Of a stretch of 64,000 bases of DNA, positions 18,231 through 28,459 are shown in pieces. The stretch is taken from assembly GCA_963705915.1 (NCBI GenBank), contig OY970126.1, forward strand, positions 10,035 through 74,034. Reading direction: 5' to 3'. The notes beneath the pieces were generated by a model. The model did not search any database, had not been told where the DNA came from, and worked only from the letters and a program-made list of their open reading frames with translations. The stretch is from an uncultured bacterium. GTDB taxonomy: Bacteria; Patescibacteriota; Minisyncoccia; UBA6257; 2-01-FULL-56-20. A program made the position numbers and the translations under genes. The number at the start of each line of letters is the position of its first letter. The stretch's first letter is position 1.

Positions 18231-19487
18231 TTATAAGGAACGGCTGATCTTCCACCACATTTTGCGGAATATTCTGCGAAAATAGAGATGATCAATCAAA
18301 ATGATATTTTTTAATATCCTCTCTTTCCCGTTGTCATGAATATCGACTACGTTTTGAAGACCTCTCTCTATAGCTTTCTGCAATTCTGGATCGACTTTTT
18401 TTCTTTGTAGATCAGCTAAGTGATGTTTATAGGTAACTTCCGCACCGAATCCCGAGCCGGCGACTGCTTCGGTCACTAATTGGTAATCAAATGTATGCGG
18501 AAATGTTTTTGCTTCGTTCAATTTTCCAGCAATGCGAAGTTCTATCATTGTTCTTATGCACTTTTCACACTCTCCGCAGTTATATTCGCCTTTGAGATTC
18601 ATATAGCAGACTCGCAAATATTCCAACGCAAGAGGGGATTTTGCAATTTGCCATTCAACTTTATCAAGTCGCGTAGCTTCAGCCCCGTCATGTTCGAATG
18701 ATATCTGTTCAGTATTCCAATTTTTATCGATCTCCGGGCTTGAGCCCCATTTCACGTTTTGGGCGCTACTGAATGTTGCAGCGATATAAATCTTTTTGAA
18801 TCCGTTGCGGAGGCACAAGCCAACTCCCGCAAGGAGCCCTCCATGTGTGAAACCCGCATCAAGTATCGGCTCTATGAGATATTGGAAATTTGACTCAACT
18901 TCAACAACTTCTACGCCAGCTTTTTCTGCAATCTTCTCTACGGTTTTTTTGGTTGCCTTCCATAAACTTTCATTATCGAGATCAATATCGTTGCCGTTCA
19001 TCAAGATGAAATGAGTAATACGATCCTTCTCGTCGTGTTGATGTTTTAAATAGGTATAAAAAGAATCAACTCCTCCTGAAAAGAAAGTTGCTACTTTTTT
19101 CGGGTTGCCAGTATCTTGCTTGATCTCTTGCGCCTGGATCTTAATACGATGTAATTTTATTTCCCAATCCCATCCCGCCATCATATCCATAATCCGATGC
19201 ATCCCATCATATAATTCTTTAGAAACAGACCCATCGATAATCAAATCTTCATTGCGGAACATTGATGGAATAAGTAGCGCTGCAGCAAACGGGCTTCCGT
19301 CGCATACAAGATCGTCTTTATATTTTTTGTTGAACTTAAAATAAAGAGTATCCCAGCCGACAGGACGAATTTTACAGTCGGCGGAGAGCGTTATACTGTT
19401 CGAATCTTCTTTTAAATGGATGTTTTTTACTCGCATAGCATTTCCAGAAATCTTGTAATTTATATCAGAAAGTGTAGAATTTGGCAA
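18231..19487 (-). CDS. PP-loop ATP pyrophosphatase family protein with a QueC-like zinc motif; N-acetyl-sugar amidotransferase (WbuX/PseA)-like candidate
   Basis: SGGVDSFY PP-loop about 125 aa from the N-terminus. C-terminal C-x2-C-x2-C (NCGECEKCIRT). Embedded in a glycan gene cluster. Confidence 0.5.
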   Translation of the reverse strand: MPNSTLSDINYKISGNAMRVKNIHLKEDSNSITLSADCKIRPVGWDTLYFKFNKKYKDDLVCDGSPFAAALLIPSMFRNEDLIIDGSVSKELYDGMHRIMDMMAGWDWEIKLHRIKIQAQEIKQDTGNPKKVATFFSGGVDSFYTYLKHQHDEKDRITHFILMNGNDIDLDNESLWKATKKTVEKIAEKAGVEVVEVESNFQYLIEPILDAGFTHGGLLAGVGLCLRNGFKKIYIAATFSSAQNVKWGSSPEIDKNWNTEQISFEHDGAEATRLDKVEWQIAKSPLALEYLRVCYMNLKGEYNCGECEKCIRTMIELRIAGKLNEAKTFPHTFDYQLVTEAVAGSGFGAEVTYKHHLADLQRKKVDPELQKAIERGLQNVVDIHDNGKERILKNIILIDHLYFRRIFRKMWWKISRSL

Positions 19488-20752
19488 TGTGGCAAAATTT
19501 AAAGAATCTGTACGGAGATAGCCTGTTCCGCAACTCTTTTTACTTAATGCTCAATGCCGGCGTTCAAGGAGCGATCGGCTTTTTCTTTTGGCTTATATGC
19601 GCGAGGATATTCACTCCTAGCGATGTTGGGTTAGCGACATCGCTAATTTCCGCAGCTAGCCTTATGTCTGTTTTCAGCATGTTGGGCTTCAATAATGTCA
19701 TCGTTCGTTTTTTACCGACGTCAGGACGAAAGAATGAACAACTCTCAACAGCATTCGTGCTTACGAGCATTGCGAGCATCATAGCAGGCGCAGCTTTTTT
19801 ATTGTGGGCATTTTCTACTCATAATCCTATTGTCCAAACCACCCACCCGCACCTCCTGTCAGTCATTTTCATGGTTTACGTTCTTTTCATAACGCTCAAC
19901 GCCGTTCTTGAGGCCGCTTTCATCGCCTACAGATCAACGGTATACATCCTCATTAAAAATGCGATTCTGAGTTCTTTAAAAATCGTCTTTATTTTTTTTG
20001 TGGTTAGCATAGGCTATATCGGAATCGTAAATTCAGTAACAGGTGCTACAGCGATTGCTTTCCTTCTTGGATATGCGTGGCTCATAAATAAATTTAAGTA
20101 TCGGCCGATGTTGGTCGTCGATAAGGAGACGATTAGTGAGACCAAGAACTTCGCCATCGGAAATTATTTCGGAACCCTATTCGGCGTTTTGCCGACGATG
20201 GCGTTGACGCTCATCGTCGTTTCCAGGCTCGGAGCGCAAGACGCAGCTTTCTTTTATATACCATCAGTAATGGTGACTTTGCTTGGCATCATTCCGAGCT
20301 CAGTTTCGCAATCATTATTTGCAGAGGTTTCGCATGATGAAAATGGCTTTGCAAAGTTTTTTAAGAATGCATTGCGAAATATGTTCACACTTTTAATACC
20401 CGCAGTCGTTATCATGGCGGTTTTTGGGAAATTTATCCTGCGCTTCTTCGGCGCTGGCTACGCTGAAGCAGGTGCTGTGCCCCTCGCTATTCTTGCTGGT
20501 GCAAGCCTTATCAATGCTGCGAATATTTTGGGTGATACATTACTGAATATCAAAAAGATGGCAAGTTTCTATCTTTTTATGAACATACTGAACGCCGTCA
20601 TGGTTGTCGTGCCTGCTTATTTTGCGGCTCCGTATGGTCTGGCTGCCGTTGCGTGGAGCGCCCTGTTTGGTCAGGCTGTCACCGCAATAATATATATCAT
20701 TATGAATTGGCACCTTCTCGCACACTTAGACGAGATTCGTATTCCGACATAG
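19481..20752 (+). CDS. Polysaccharide biosynthesis protein / oligosaccharide flippase (Wzx, MOP superfamily)
   Basis: 423 aa with about 12 TM helices; typical Wzx N-terminal region. Confidence 0.7.
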   Translation: MAMWQNLKNLYGDSLFRNSFYLMLNAGVQGAIGFFFWLICARIFTPSDVGLATSLISAASLMSVFSMLGFNNVIVRFLPTSGRKNEQLSTAFVLTSIASIIAGAAFLLWAFSTHNPIVQTTHPHLLSVIFMVYVLFITLNAVLEAAFIAYRSTVYILIKNAILSSLKIVFIFFVVSIGYIGIVNSVTGATAIAFLLGYAWLINKFKYRPMLVVDKETISETKNFAIGNYFGTLFGVLPTMALTLIVVSRLGAQDAAFFYIPSVMVTLLGIIPSSVSQSLFAEVSHDENGFAKFFKNALRNMFTLLIPAVVIMAVFGKFILRFFGAGYAEAGAVPLAILAGASLINAANILGDTLLNIKKMASFYLFMNILNAVMVVVPAYFAAPYGLAAVAWSALFGQAVTAIIYIIMNWHLLAHLDEIRIPT

Positions 20753-22001
20753 ACGCTTCGTATGTTTGCCTAATGATTTGCGGGAGTTGATCGGCCTGTT
20801 GGACGTATGCTGGCAAAACGAGCATAAGGTGTTTTTGGTAAGCATCATGCTTGTTGATGAGCCCCTGGAAGAGAAGCTCCAATTTTTCGGAAGTCACATC
20901 CTCGATTTTTATAACCCATGTATCCAGCCCTAGGTCCTGCATGATGCCACTCGTTTTATGTTCGTATTCAATGGCAATTGCTGGAACATAACTTGTTATA
21001 GCGAAAATGACGGAATGAAATCGCGTTCCCACCATATAGTCCAGGCTGCCATACATCGCCTTGATAGTCGCATGATCATAGTGTTCCATTAGCACATGCG
21101 TTGACTCTTTATGGGCGATAGATTCGTAGATTTTTGCGCCAGCACTCCGGTCGTCATCTCCGTGATGTTCTGCGGTGACTTGGGGGATGAAAACAACTAC
21201 AGCATTATATTTTTCTATAATGTGATCAGCGAGTTTTGCGATGGATTGTTCGTAAGTCGTTTGCTTTTTACCATCGAGCCATTTTCGCGCTGTAATGCCC
21301 ACTAAAATTTGATCAGGTTGGACGTCAAATCTTTTCCGTAAATCAATTTTTGTATTACTCGAGAAAATAAATCCGCCATCGATAGATCGACGAGCATTTT
21401 TTGTTATCCCTAATGTTTTCAAGAGACGCAGTGAAACATCCTCGCGAACCAGTACGAGGCGCACTCTCTTCAAGGCAAATTTAGCGATCCCTTTTTGGAG
21501 CCAACCGTAAAAAGGACCGACTGACTGTGTATATAATATTGTCGGCTTGCCGATGATATGACTTACGATAAGAGGATGGACCGTGAGCGCCAAATTAATG
21601 GTACTTCCAAAGCCTGGGCCGCCTCGTATGTAGCCACCGCCGACGGGGATGATGAGATCGGTCTCTTTGTAGGCATCGGTGACTTTTCTAAGATATTTTG
21701 GAAGCGGAAAATCTTTTTTTGTTAGTTGATAGGTATAAGCCCATAAGATTGTGACGGTTGCTACAAAAAAAGAGTAGAGTAATTTTACTAGCCGATTTCC
21801 TTTGCGACTGGCCGTATAGTACATGAAGCTATTGCCGACAGGAATGTCTTCGAAGAGTTTTCCGTCCTCAATTTTATCCATGGTCAAAATTTTTATGTCA
21901 GGCGAATCAAAAGCAACCCGGATGTCGCGGATGAGTACGCTCAGCAATGCTGCATCGCCTTTGTTGTCCTCGGAATAGACGTGGGAAATAAGAATTTTCA
22001 T
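20700..22001 (-). CDS. Polysaccharide pyruvyl transferase (CsaB/WcaK family)
   Basis: 433 aa. KGDAALL N-terminal motif; GTRFHSVIFA and PAIAIEYEHK motifs of the pyruvyl transferase family. Confidence 0.7.
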   Translation of the reverse strand: MKILISHVYSEDNKGDAALLSVLIRDIRVAFDSPDIKILTMDKIEDGKLFEDIPVGNSFMYYTASRKGNRLVKLLYSFFVATVTILWAYTYQLTKKDFPLPKYLRKVTDAYKETDLIIPVGGGYIRGGPGFGSTINLALTVHPLIVSHIIGKPTILYTQSVGPFYGWLQKGIAKFALKRVRLVLVREDVSLRLLKTLGITKNARRSIDGGFIFSSNTKIDLRKRFDVQPDQILVGITARKWLDGKKQTTYEQSIAKLADHIIEKYNAVVVFIPQVTAEHHGDDDRSAGAKIYESIAHKESTHVLMEHYDHATIKAMYGSLDYMVGTRFHSVIFAITSYVPAIAIEYEHKTSGIMQDLGLDTWVIKIEDVTSEKLELLFQGLINKHDAYQKHLMLVLPAYVQQADQLPQIIRQTYEASMSEYESRLSVREGANS

Positions 22002-24370
22002 TATCGGTAGACTTCTGCGCCTCCATTGTTATAGATGAGATCTTTATTGTCAGAGAGGAACTGCAAAGGGTACGCATAATTCACAGGATCTGCGTTGTAG
22101 ACCACGGTTGCTCTTTGCCCAATTACCGTAGTTGGATTAAGGAACACGTATGCATCTTTTTGGATCACTCCAGGGAAAATGTCGGTGTCGGCGCCCAGGT
22201 CGGTGAGCGACGCAAATTTATTGTATTTTGTAGTTTGAATTTCAAGACGAACACCGTTTGAGTTCGATGAACTTGCATTTGCAGTTAGCCAGTCCACTCC
22301 ATAAACCTCTGTCGCTTGAATCAGGTAATTGTCATAATACGTTCCGGTATTACTCAAGTGCAGTACGGCAGGTGCGCCACCGATGAGATACGGCATAAAT
22401 GAGGTTGAGTAGAAAAAGAATATTACCGCCAAAGTAAACGAAAACGTTTCACCGGTAAGATATTTTTTCCCGCGTCTCACATACCTCGCGAGTGCCCTGA
22501 AGAGCGCGGCTGCTCCGAGTGCTATGATAGGCGCCATGATAAACATCGCCTGCTGCATAGCCCTATAAATTCCATACTCTGTTGAAAGTACCGGGAGGAT
22601 AATACATGCCAATATAAATATCAGGTAGAAGACCGACATTAGATAAATGTCCCCGTCGATATATTTAATTACGCCCTTGCGGAAAAGTACGTATAGCATT
22701 CCAATCGGAGCCAATATCTCCATGAGTTTTGCCAAAAGTTCCCCGAAGATGGTCATCGCTCCTAGGCCATCGATGCCGATATGTCCCAAAAATGTTCCGA
22801 CCGTTGTGACGGGCACGGTTTCGTCGTTCAACGCAACGAAAGGATATTGGCTGTATGACTGCACACTGTAATAATCTTGAGGATTGCTGTTTCTTATGGG
22901 GTCAACGTCGTTAAGGATATAGTCCTGCAATTCTTGGTTTTGGTTGGGCTTCGTGAACGACAGGAGGCTGGTTGCGTCAATTGACCGGTTGCCGCTTCCT
23001 CCAAAGCCGTTTTCTACCGCCGAGAATGTTTGACTGAAGACATAGGCGAGGTTTCCTCCTGTGTTTGTGATCACCTGCGTCCAAACAAAACTCAATACAA
23101 AGAGGATGACTACCATGAAGATAGTAATCTTTTCTCTTCGAGGAACAGTTCGCTCATCTATTATAAGCGCCGAATCTTTGGACCAATTTCTATTTTTCAA
23201 CCACGTAACAAATTTATTGTATAAAGGCCGCGAAATAACCAAGAGGCCGAAAATCGCGAGAATCGTATACGTAGTCGAATAATGAGATAATATAACGCCG
23301 ATGCCCATTAGCATGAACAATAATTTTCGCATGGATAGCTCCAAATTCGGATTGAAAATGAGATAAAGCATTAACCCATAGAAAAGGAATGCGACTTCTT
23401 GTCGGACCAAAAATGGCATATCTGTAAAGAATGTTGGAAAGGCAATAAAATAAATCGTGGCGAGCAGGGAGATTCTGCGGCTAGTCCAATTTCTCGCAAT
23501 GAGATAAACAAGAACCGGGCAGATTGCGAAAAAGATTTGGAAAAAGAATTTAAAAATATAAGGATCCGGAACATTCAGTAAGTTGAAAAATACGGTTGGT
23601 AAGATGGTGATGCTGAGACATGCATTGTAAGCGTCACGGTATGCGGCGATGTTCCAGAATCCGGCGTTCTTCGCCAATTCGAAAACTTTATATTCATTTT
23701 GTATATCGTGCCCAGTTATATACCAGCCTCGCATGCTCGTCATAAGAAGTAGCGAGAGCGCCATGAAGAATATGGCGGTCGGCGTTGTATTTTCGTCCGA
23801 TTCCTTCACGTGACTTAACAGAAGAATGAGATAAAGTCCCATGCTGCCAAGCATGACCATGGTTAAGATATTGCCCCCACCATCATTCAGGCTGATAGTT
23901 CCAAATATACTTAATATGACAAATACGATCGGGAAAAATGCAATAACGTAATCACGCAAATTATCAAAGAACCAACTACCTTTTACTTTTATATCTATCT
24001 CTTTTACGCGAAACCATGCGAAGGCAGCCAAAACGCCAACCAAAAGATAGAGTTCTATAAGCAGCGGCCCTTTATTAAGTGGCTGAGATATCCCCAAAAA
24101 TGGCAAGAAGGTATTTCCAAGAAGGGCCGTCAACATCAGTTCAAGAAGGCTGAAGCCGACTATAAGCGCTAGATAGCCCCAGAATGTGAGCCCCTTTATC
24201 TTTGCCAATACGACCGTTAAAAGGCCGGGAACAATCGTTAGGAATAAAAATCCGACAATATTTAAAAGTTGAAATTGATTAAAGTTGTAAGCTGACAAAG
24301 CGACGAAAAGCAACCACCAGGCAAGGATGGGTAGGAGTATCTTTTTTTGCGTAAGGTGAATGGTTCTCAT
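22001..24370 (-). CDS. Large polytopic membrane protein with an extracytoplasmic C-terminal domain (DUF2206 / GT-C-like); candidate polymerase or lipid-linked-sugar transferase
   Basis: 789 aa. About 13 N-terminal TM helices and a large C-terminal soluble domain. No STT3 WWDYG motif. Confidence 0.45.
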   Translation of the reverse strand: MRTIHLTQKKILLPILAWWLLFVALSAYNFNQFQLLNIVGFLFLTIVPGLLTVVLAKIKGLTFWGYLALIVGFSLLELMLTALLGNTFLPFLGISQPLNKGPLLIELYLLVGVLAAFAWFRVKEIDIKVKGSWFFDNLRDYVIAFFPIVFVILSIFGTISLNDGGGNILTMVMLGSMGLYLILLLSHVKESDENTTPTAIFFMALSLLLMTSMRGWYITGHDIQNEYKVFELAKNAGFWNIAAYRDAYNACLSITILPTVFFNLLNVPDPYIFKFFFQIFFAICPVLVYLIARNWTSRRISLLATIYFIAFPTFFTDMPFLVRQEVAFLFYGLMLYLIFNPNLELSMRKLLFMLMGIGVILSHYSTTYTILAIFGLLVISRPLYNKFVTWLKNRNWSKDSALIIDERTVPRREKITIFMVVILFVLSFVWTQVITNTGGNLAYVFSQTFSAVENGFGGSGNRSIDATSLLSFTKPNQNQELQDYILNDVDPIRNSNPQDYYSVQSYSQYPFVALNDETVPVTTVGTFLGHIGIDGLGAMTIFGELLAKLMEILAPIGMLYVLFRKGVIKYIDGDIYLMSVFYLIFILACIILPVLSTEYGIYRAMQQAMFIMAPIIALGAAALFRALARYVRRGKKYLTGETFSFTLAVIFFFYSTSFMPYLIGGAPAVLHLSNTGTYYDNYLIQATEVYGVDWLTANASSSNSNGVRLEIQTTKYNKFASLTDLGADTDIFPGVIQKDAYVFLNPTTVIGQRATVVYNADPVNYAYPLQFLSDNKDLIYNNGGAEVYR

Positions 24371-26598
24371 TGTTCTATTTCTTTATAAACCATTTCAAGT
24401 TTTTGTATGAGTTTTTCCCATGAATATTGCTGAGCCTTTTGTAGGCTCTTTCTACGAAGTGCCTGTAACTCATCAGGATTTGAGGCTAAATTATCGATCG
24501 CTTTGGCAAACGTTTCTGGACTTGGATTCTTCACCAAAATGCCGACTCCGTCAACAAGTTCATGGATGCCGAGGACATCGGATCCACAAATCGGAAGGCC
24601 GGTTGCCATTGCCTCTAATAATACGAGAGGCATGCCTTCTCGATCAGAAGGAAGAACGAAAACATCAGCGTTCCTATAGGCGTCGAGTAATTTTTCGCCG
24701 TCTAGTCTTCCGGGGAATACGATATTCGTCAACTTAAAGTTGCTGACCATAAGTTCCAATTTTTGACGATCTTCTCCTTCGCCGACCATGGTAAGCGTTG
24801 CGTCGGATTTGATTAAAGACATTGCTTCAATCAATCGGTCAGGCCTTTTTTGAACCGAGAAACGTGCGACAAAAAGTAATCGTAACGGTTTCTCAAACGT
24901 ACGTTCTTCGTCGCCGATTTTTAGAAAGTTTTCCCCGACGCCATTGCTAATAAAATATATTTGATTGATCGGCTTTCCGTATCGTTCGTTGATGAGTTTG
25001 ACCTGATCAGGGGATAAAGTTATCACCGCCGATGCACCTCTTATAATAGTTGGCTGAATCCAGCGCTTCCATAGATCAAATATAAATCCTAATTTTCCAG
25101 ATCTTTCTACGTCCAAATGGAAATGCACAACATAAGGAACGTTTCTTATCTTTGCTGCAAGCCAAACCATCTCCGGCACATATGCTTGCGCAAGGTGCAG
25201 ATGGAAAATGGCTGGTTTGCGGACGCGAACCAATTGCCACAGCAAACCGGGCATGAATGCGGTGTGGGCAAATTCAAACGACCGCAAGCGCCTTACTGTC
25301 AGGTTTTTTTTGATTTCGACTGCTGGCAAATTTTTTGCATGCAAATTCGACGTGAGGACAATGACATTATAGCCATCGTTTGCCAATTGATTTGCTGTTT
25401 CTTCTGCGACACGTTCTAGCCCTCCCAAGAATGGGGGATAGTGTGCAGAGATATGCACAATCGTCGGCGATGCCAGCGTCTTGCAAAGTGTGTCATAAGA
25501 GCGAGCTCGAGAATTCCATTGAAAATCTTTTACCGCTTTGTCACGCCCGAGTTCGCCGAACTTGGCAGAACGATTTCCGGTCAACGTTTCAATGATATTT
25601 TCTGCAAGTGCCTCCGGGTTATTCGGTGGCACTAGAAATCCTGTTTTTCCATCATCGACGAGCGTCAATAAGCCGCCTACATTTGTTGCGACAACAGGCA
25701 ATCCGGACGACATTGCTTCCAAGACGACCATGCTGAAGCTTTCATTTGAAGAAGAAAGTATAAATGCAGTCGCTCTTTGATATTCTTCTGCAAGAATGCG
25801 TCCAGTTAGGCGTCCCTTAAAATGAACTACATTTCTAATGTCAAGATCTTCGGCAAGTTTTTCATATTCAGACTTCATATCGCCATCACCAACAACCTCC
25901 AATGTCAGTGATGGGATCTTTTTATGCACGATTTGTACGGCGTGCAAAAGGGTATCCAACCCCTTATATTTTTCAGATCGGTTCAACCCAGCGACAAAGA
26001 GAATTACTGGCGACAAGCTCTTTTTACCATTCGGCTTAAAAAATTCACTATCGACTCCCGGTGTTATTGTCGTGCTTTTCTCTAAGTAGTGATCTAGGAA
26101 ATTAAAACGCAGGAAATCTGAAGTGCAGACGATGCGATCGGCACGGTTTAAAAGCGTTTTAAGCAGGCCATGTTCATAGAGCCAAACAAAGATATCCGGA
26201 AGAAGTTTACCTTTCCGCATGCTGCCGGCGTGATACGTAACAATAATCGGGGTTTTTTCGGATACAGATGAAGTGACGTCACCGATGCCTGGAACTGGTG
26301 TGTGTATATTTATGACGCAGGGGTTTTCTTCCCTGAGGATTTTGCGTATTTTTCTACTCCACGAAAAAGAAAACGGTGTATTTGAGAATTTAAAGCTATA
26401 ACTTAAGCGATAAACAATAAGACCGTCCATTTCCTCTTTGATGTCGGTTTTTTGTTCTCCGGATGTGATAATGACAACTCGCCAGCCAAATTCCTTCAAT
26501 AGACGGATCGCGATTTCGTAAGCATATTTTTCAAGCCCGCCACCATAAGGAAGGAAATAAGGAGTCGTTATGACAATGGTTTTCTGGTCGGTCTTCAT
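24367..26598 (-). CDS. Tandem fused GT4 glycosyltransferase (two complete GT-B modules)
   Basis: Two repeats of the GT4 architecture (N-terminal PYF.PY.GG..K and C-terminal E..G.P..EAMA.G.P). Confidence 0.8.
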   Translation of the reverse strand: MKTDQKTIVITTPYFLPYGGGLEKYAYEIAIRLLKEFGWRVVIITSGEQKTDIKEEMDGLIVYRLSYSFKFSNTPFSFSWSRKIRKILREENPCVINIHTPVPGIGDVTSSVSEKTPIIVTYHAGSMRKGKLLPDIFVWLYEHGLLKTLLNRADRIVCTSDFLRFNFLDHYLEKSTTITPGVDSEFFKPNGKKSLSPVILFVAGLNRSEKYKGLDTLLHAVQIVHKKIPSLTLEVVGDGDMKSEYEKLAEDLDIRNVVHFKGRLTGRILAEEYQRATAFILSSSNESFSMVVLEAMSSGLPVVATNVGGLLTLVDDGKTGFLVPPNNPEALAENIIETLTGNRSAKFGELGRDKAVKDFQWNSRARSYDTLCKTLASPTIVHISAHYPPFLGGLERVAEETANQLANDGYNVIVLTSNLHAKNLPAVEIKKNLTVRRLRSFEFAHTAFMPGLLWQLVRVRKPAIFHLHLAQAYVPEMVWLAAKIRNVPYVVHFHLDVERSGKLGFIFDLWKRWIQPTIIRGASAVITLSPDQVKLINERYGKPINQIYFISNGVGENFLKIGDEERTFEKPLRLLFVARFSVQKRPDRLIEAMSLIKSDATLTMVGEGEDRQKLELMVSNFKLTNIVFPGRLDGEKLLDAYRNADVFVLPSDREGMPLVLLEAMATGLPICGSDVLGIHELVDGVGILVKNPSPETFAKAIDNLASNPDELQALRRKSLQKAQQYSWEKLIQKLEMVYKEIEQ

Positions 26599-27293
26599 AT
26601 GAGTGAGCGATTTGTCACATAAGTGGCGTCGGAATCGTTGGCGATATACTTAAAAACGTTTTCGAGCCGCTCCCAATCATTATTCTTTTCAATTTCCCAA
26701 GAATGACCCCAGATATGAAAGACTCCCTTTTCGGTTTTAGCGCGATTAAAAAGATCGATTGCGAGGCCATCCCAATTGAAATAATATTTTAAAAATTTTC
26801 CATTGTGAGAATTTGAGAAAATTGGAGACACATCTGACCAGTGTCGGTAGGCATGTATTGTCGTTGGAAGAGCAAATGGATCGCTGCCAACACTAGTTGC
26901 AAAACGATCTACGGTGCGTCCAAGTGCGAAGCCAGCTTCCTTGACCATGAGTTTATGTTTATCTTCATAGTCGCCACCTGGATAACAAAAACTTGATATC
27001 TCGCGTCCAATGGTATCTTCTAGGTTCTTCTTTGAAAAAGCGATTTCTTCCTTGGCCTCGGCATCATCAATTTTTGATAACCTGGGATGGGTCATGGTAT
27101 GCGCGCCAATTTCAAAATCTTTTGAAAGTTCCACGATTTGATCTTTCCTAAGCCGTTGCTCGAAAGGGATCTCATGATCTGCTGGTGAAATATAAAAAGT
27201 ACCTGCCAAACTATATTTTTTTAACAGTGAGGCAAGTTTTAAGTCGAGGATATGTCCATCGTCCCAGCTCGTTGTAACCAGTATCTTTTTCAT
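26595..27293 (-). CDS. Polysaccharide deacetylase (CE4, NodB homology domain), cytoplasmic
   Basis: NodB motifs TSWDDGH, HTMTHP, YPGG. No signal peptide. Confidence 0.8.
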   Translation of the reverse strand: MKKILVTTSWDDGHILDLKLASLLKKYSLAGTFYISPADHEIPFEQRLRKDQIVELSKDFEIGAHTMTHPRLSKIDDAEAKEEIAFSKKNLEDTIGREISSFCYPGGDYEDKHKLMVKEAGFALGRTVDRFATSVGSDPFALPTTIHAYRHWSDVSPIFSNSHNGKFLKYYFNWDGLAIDLFNRAKTEKGVFHIWGHSWEIEKNNDWERLENVFKYIANDSDATYVTNRSLI

Positions 27294-28453
27294 TAGCTTT
27301 TTTCTTCTATCGCTCTTTTGAATATCGACTCAGTCTTGGCTACGAGGCCATCCCAGCCAAATTCTTTTTCCGCACGGATCGCGCCAGCCTTACCCATTGC
27401 TTCCGCTAATTGCCGGTCGTTATGAAGTTTTTCGATCGCTTCTGCGAGGGCAGGAATATTTTTTGGTTCGACCAGCAGGCCAGTTATGCCATCCTGTATA
27501 GCCTGCGGTATTCCTCCTGCATGTGTGCCGATCACCGGCGTGCCGCAAGCATTCGCTTCGATGAGCACCATCCCAAAGCCCTCTGCGCTTGTCGTTGTCG
27601 GGAGAATAAGTACGTCTGCCCCGGCGTAATATTTTGGCAAATCATCATCACTTACATAGCCAGGCAGCACGATATCGGCAAAGCCCTCTTTCTTCGCATA
27701 TTCTTTATAATATTCTATTGCATCTCCACGGCCTACAGCGATGAGTTGGAGGTCGTAACCTTTCTTTTTGAGAAGAGATGCAGTCGAGATGAGAATGTCG
27801 AGACCTTTGTGAGCGTGCGTTTTGTCCATCTGTGAGACAAATAATATCGTATAGCAGTTCCGATAATTATTTTTGAGCCAAGACGCATCGGCTTCTCTAT
27901 TAAAAAGGTGAAGATCGACACCTGGAGGTACGATATCGATTGGTTTTGGAAGATTCTTAAGATACGGAGAGACGGCTGCATAATATGCTGATGTTGCAAT
28001 CACAGCGTCCGCTTTGCGGAGTGTTTTGTTTGCGCCGAACATATAAGTCATCTTCGCCAACGTTCCCGCGATGAATGTATCTTTTACTAGATCATTATGA
28101 TACGTGACGATAAAAGGAATTGATCCCCGCACTCGTTCTGCAAAGTCGCCCATGAAAGGCCACGGAAGATGAGCGTTGATGACATCTGGCTTTTCCGCCC
28201 GCAAGATTTTTTTAAATTCCTTTCTCCAGGAAATACTCACTGGCGTATTGGAAAGCCGCGCCGTCATTGGGAGTCGATATGTCTTAAGGCCGTTTACATC
28301 TTCTAAGATCGCATGAGAAACGCGCTCGTGATTGAGAGTTATAACCACAATATCGTGCCCGAGTCTTTTTAAACCTAGGGCGATCTGATAGGCGTAATTT
28401 GTTTGTCCGCCCGGCTTTGGGTAGAAATAGGGAACTATAAAGAGTATTTTCAT
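27293..28453 (-). CDS. GT4 family glycosyltransferase
   Basis: N-terminal PYFYPKPGGQ and C-terminal EGFGMVLIEANACGTPVIGT motifs. Confidence 0.85.
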   Translation of the reverse strand: MKILFIVPYFYPKPGGQTNYAYQIALGLKRLGHDIVVITLNHERVSHAILEDVNGLKTYRLPMTARLSNTPVSISWRKEFKKILRAEKPDVINAHLPWPFMGDFAERVRGSIPFIVTYHNDLVKDTFIAGTLAKMTYMFGANKTLRKADAVIATSAYYAAVSPYLKNLPKPIDIVPPGVDLHLFNREADASWLKNNYRNCYTILFVSQMDKTHAHKGLDILISTASLLKKKGYDLQLIAVGRGDAIEYYKEYAKKEGFADIVLPGYVSDDDLPKYYAGADVLILPTTTSAEGFGMVLIEANACGTPVIGTHAGGIPQAIQDGITGLLVEPKNIPALAEAIEKLHNDRQLAEAMGKAGAIRAEKEFGWDGLVAKTESIFKRAIEEKS

Positions 28454-28459
28454 GAAGAT

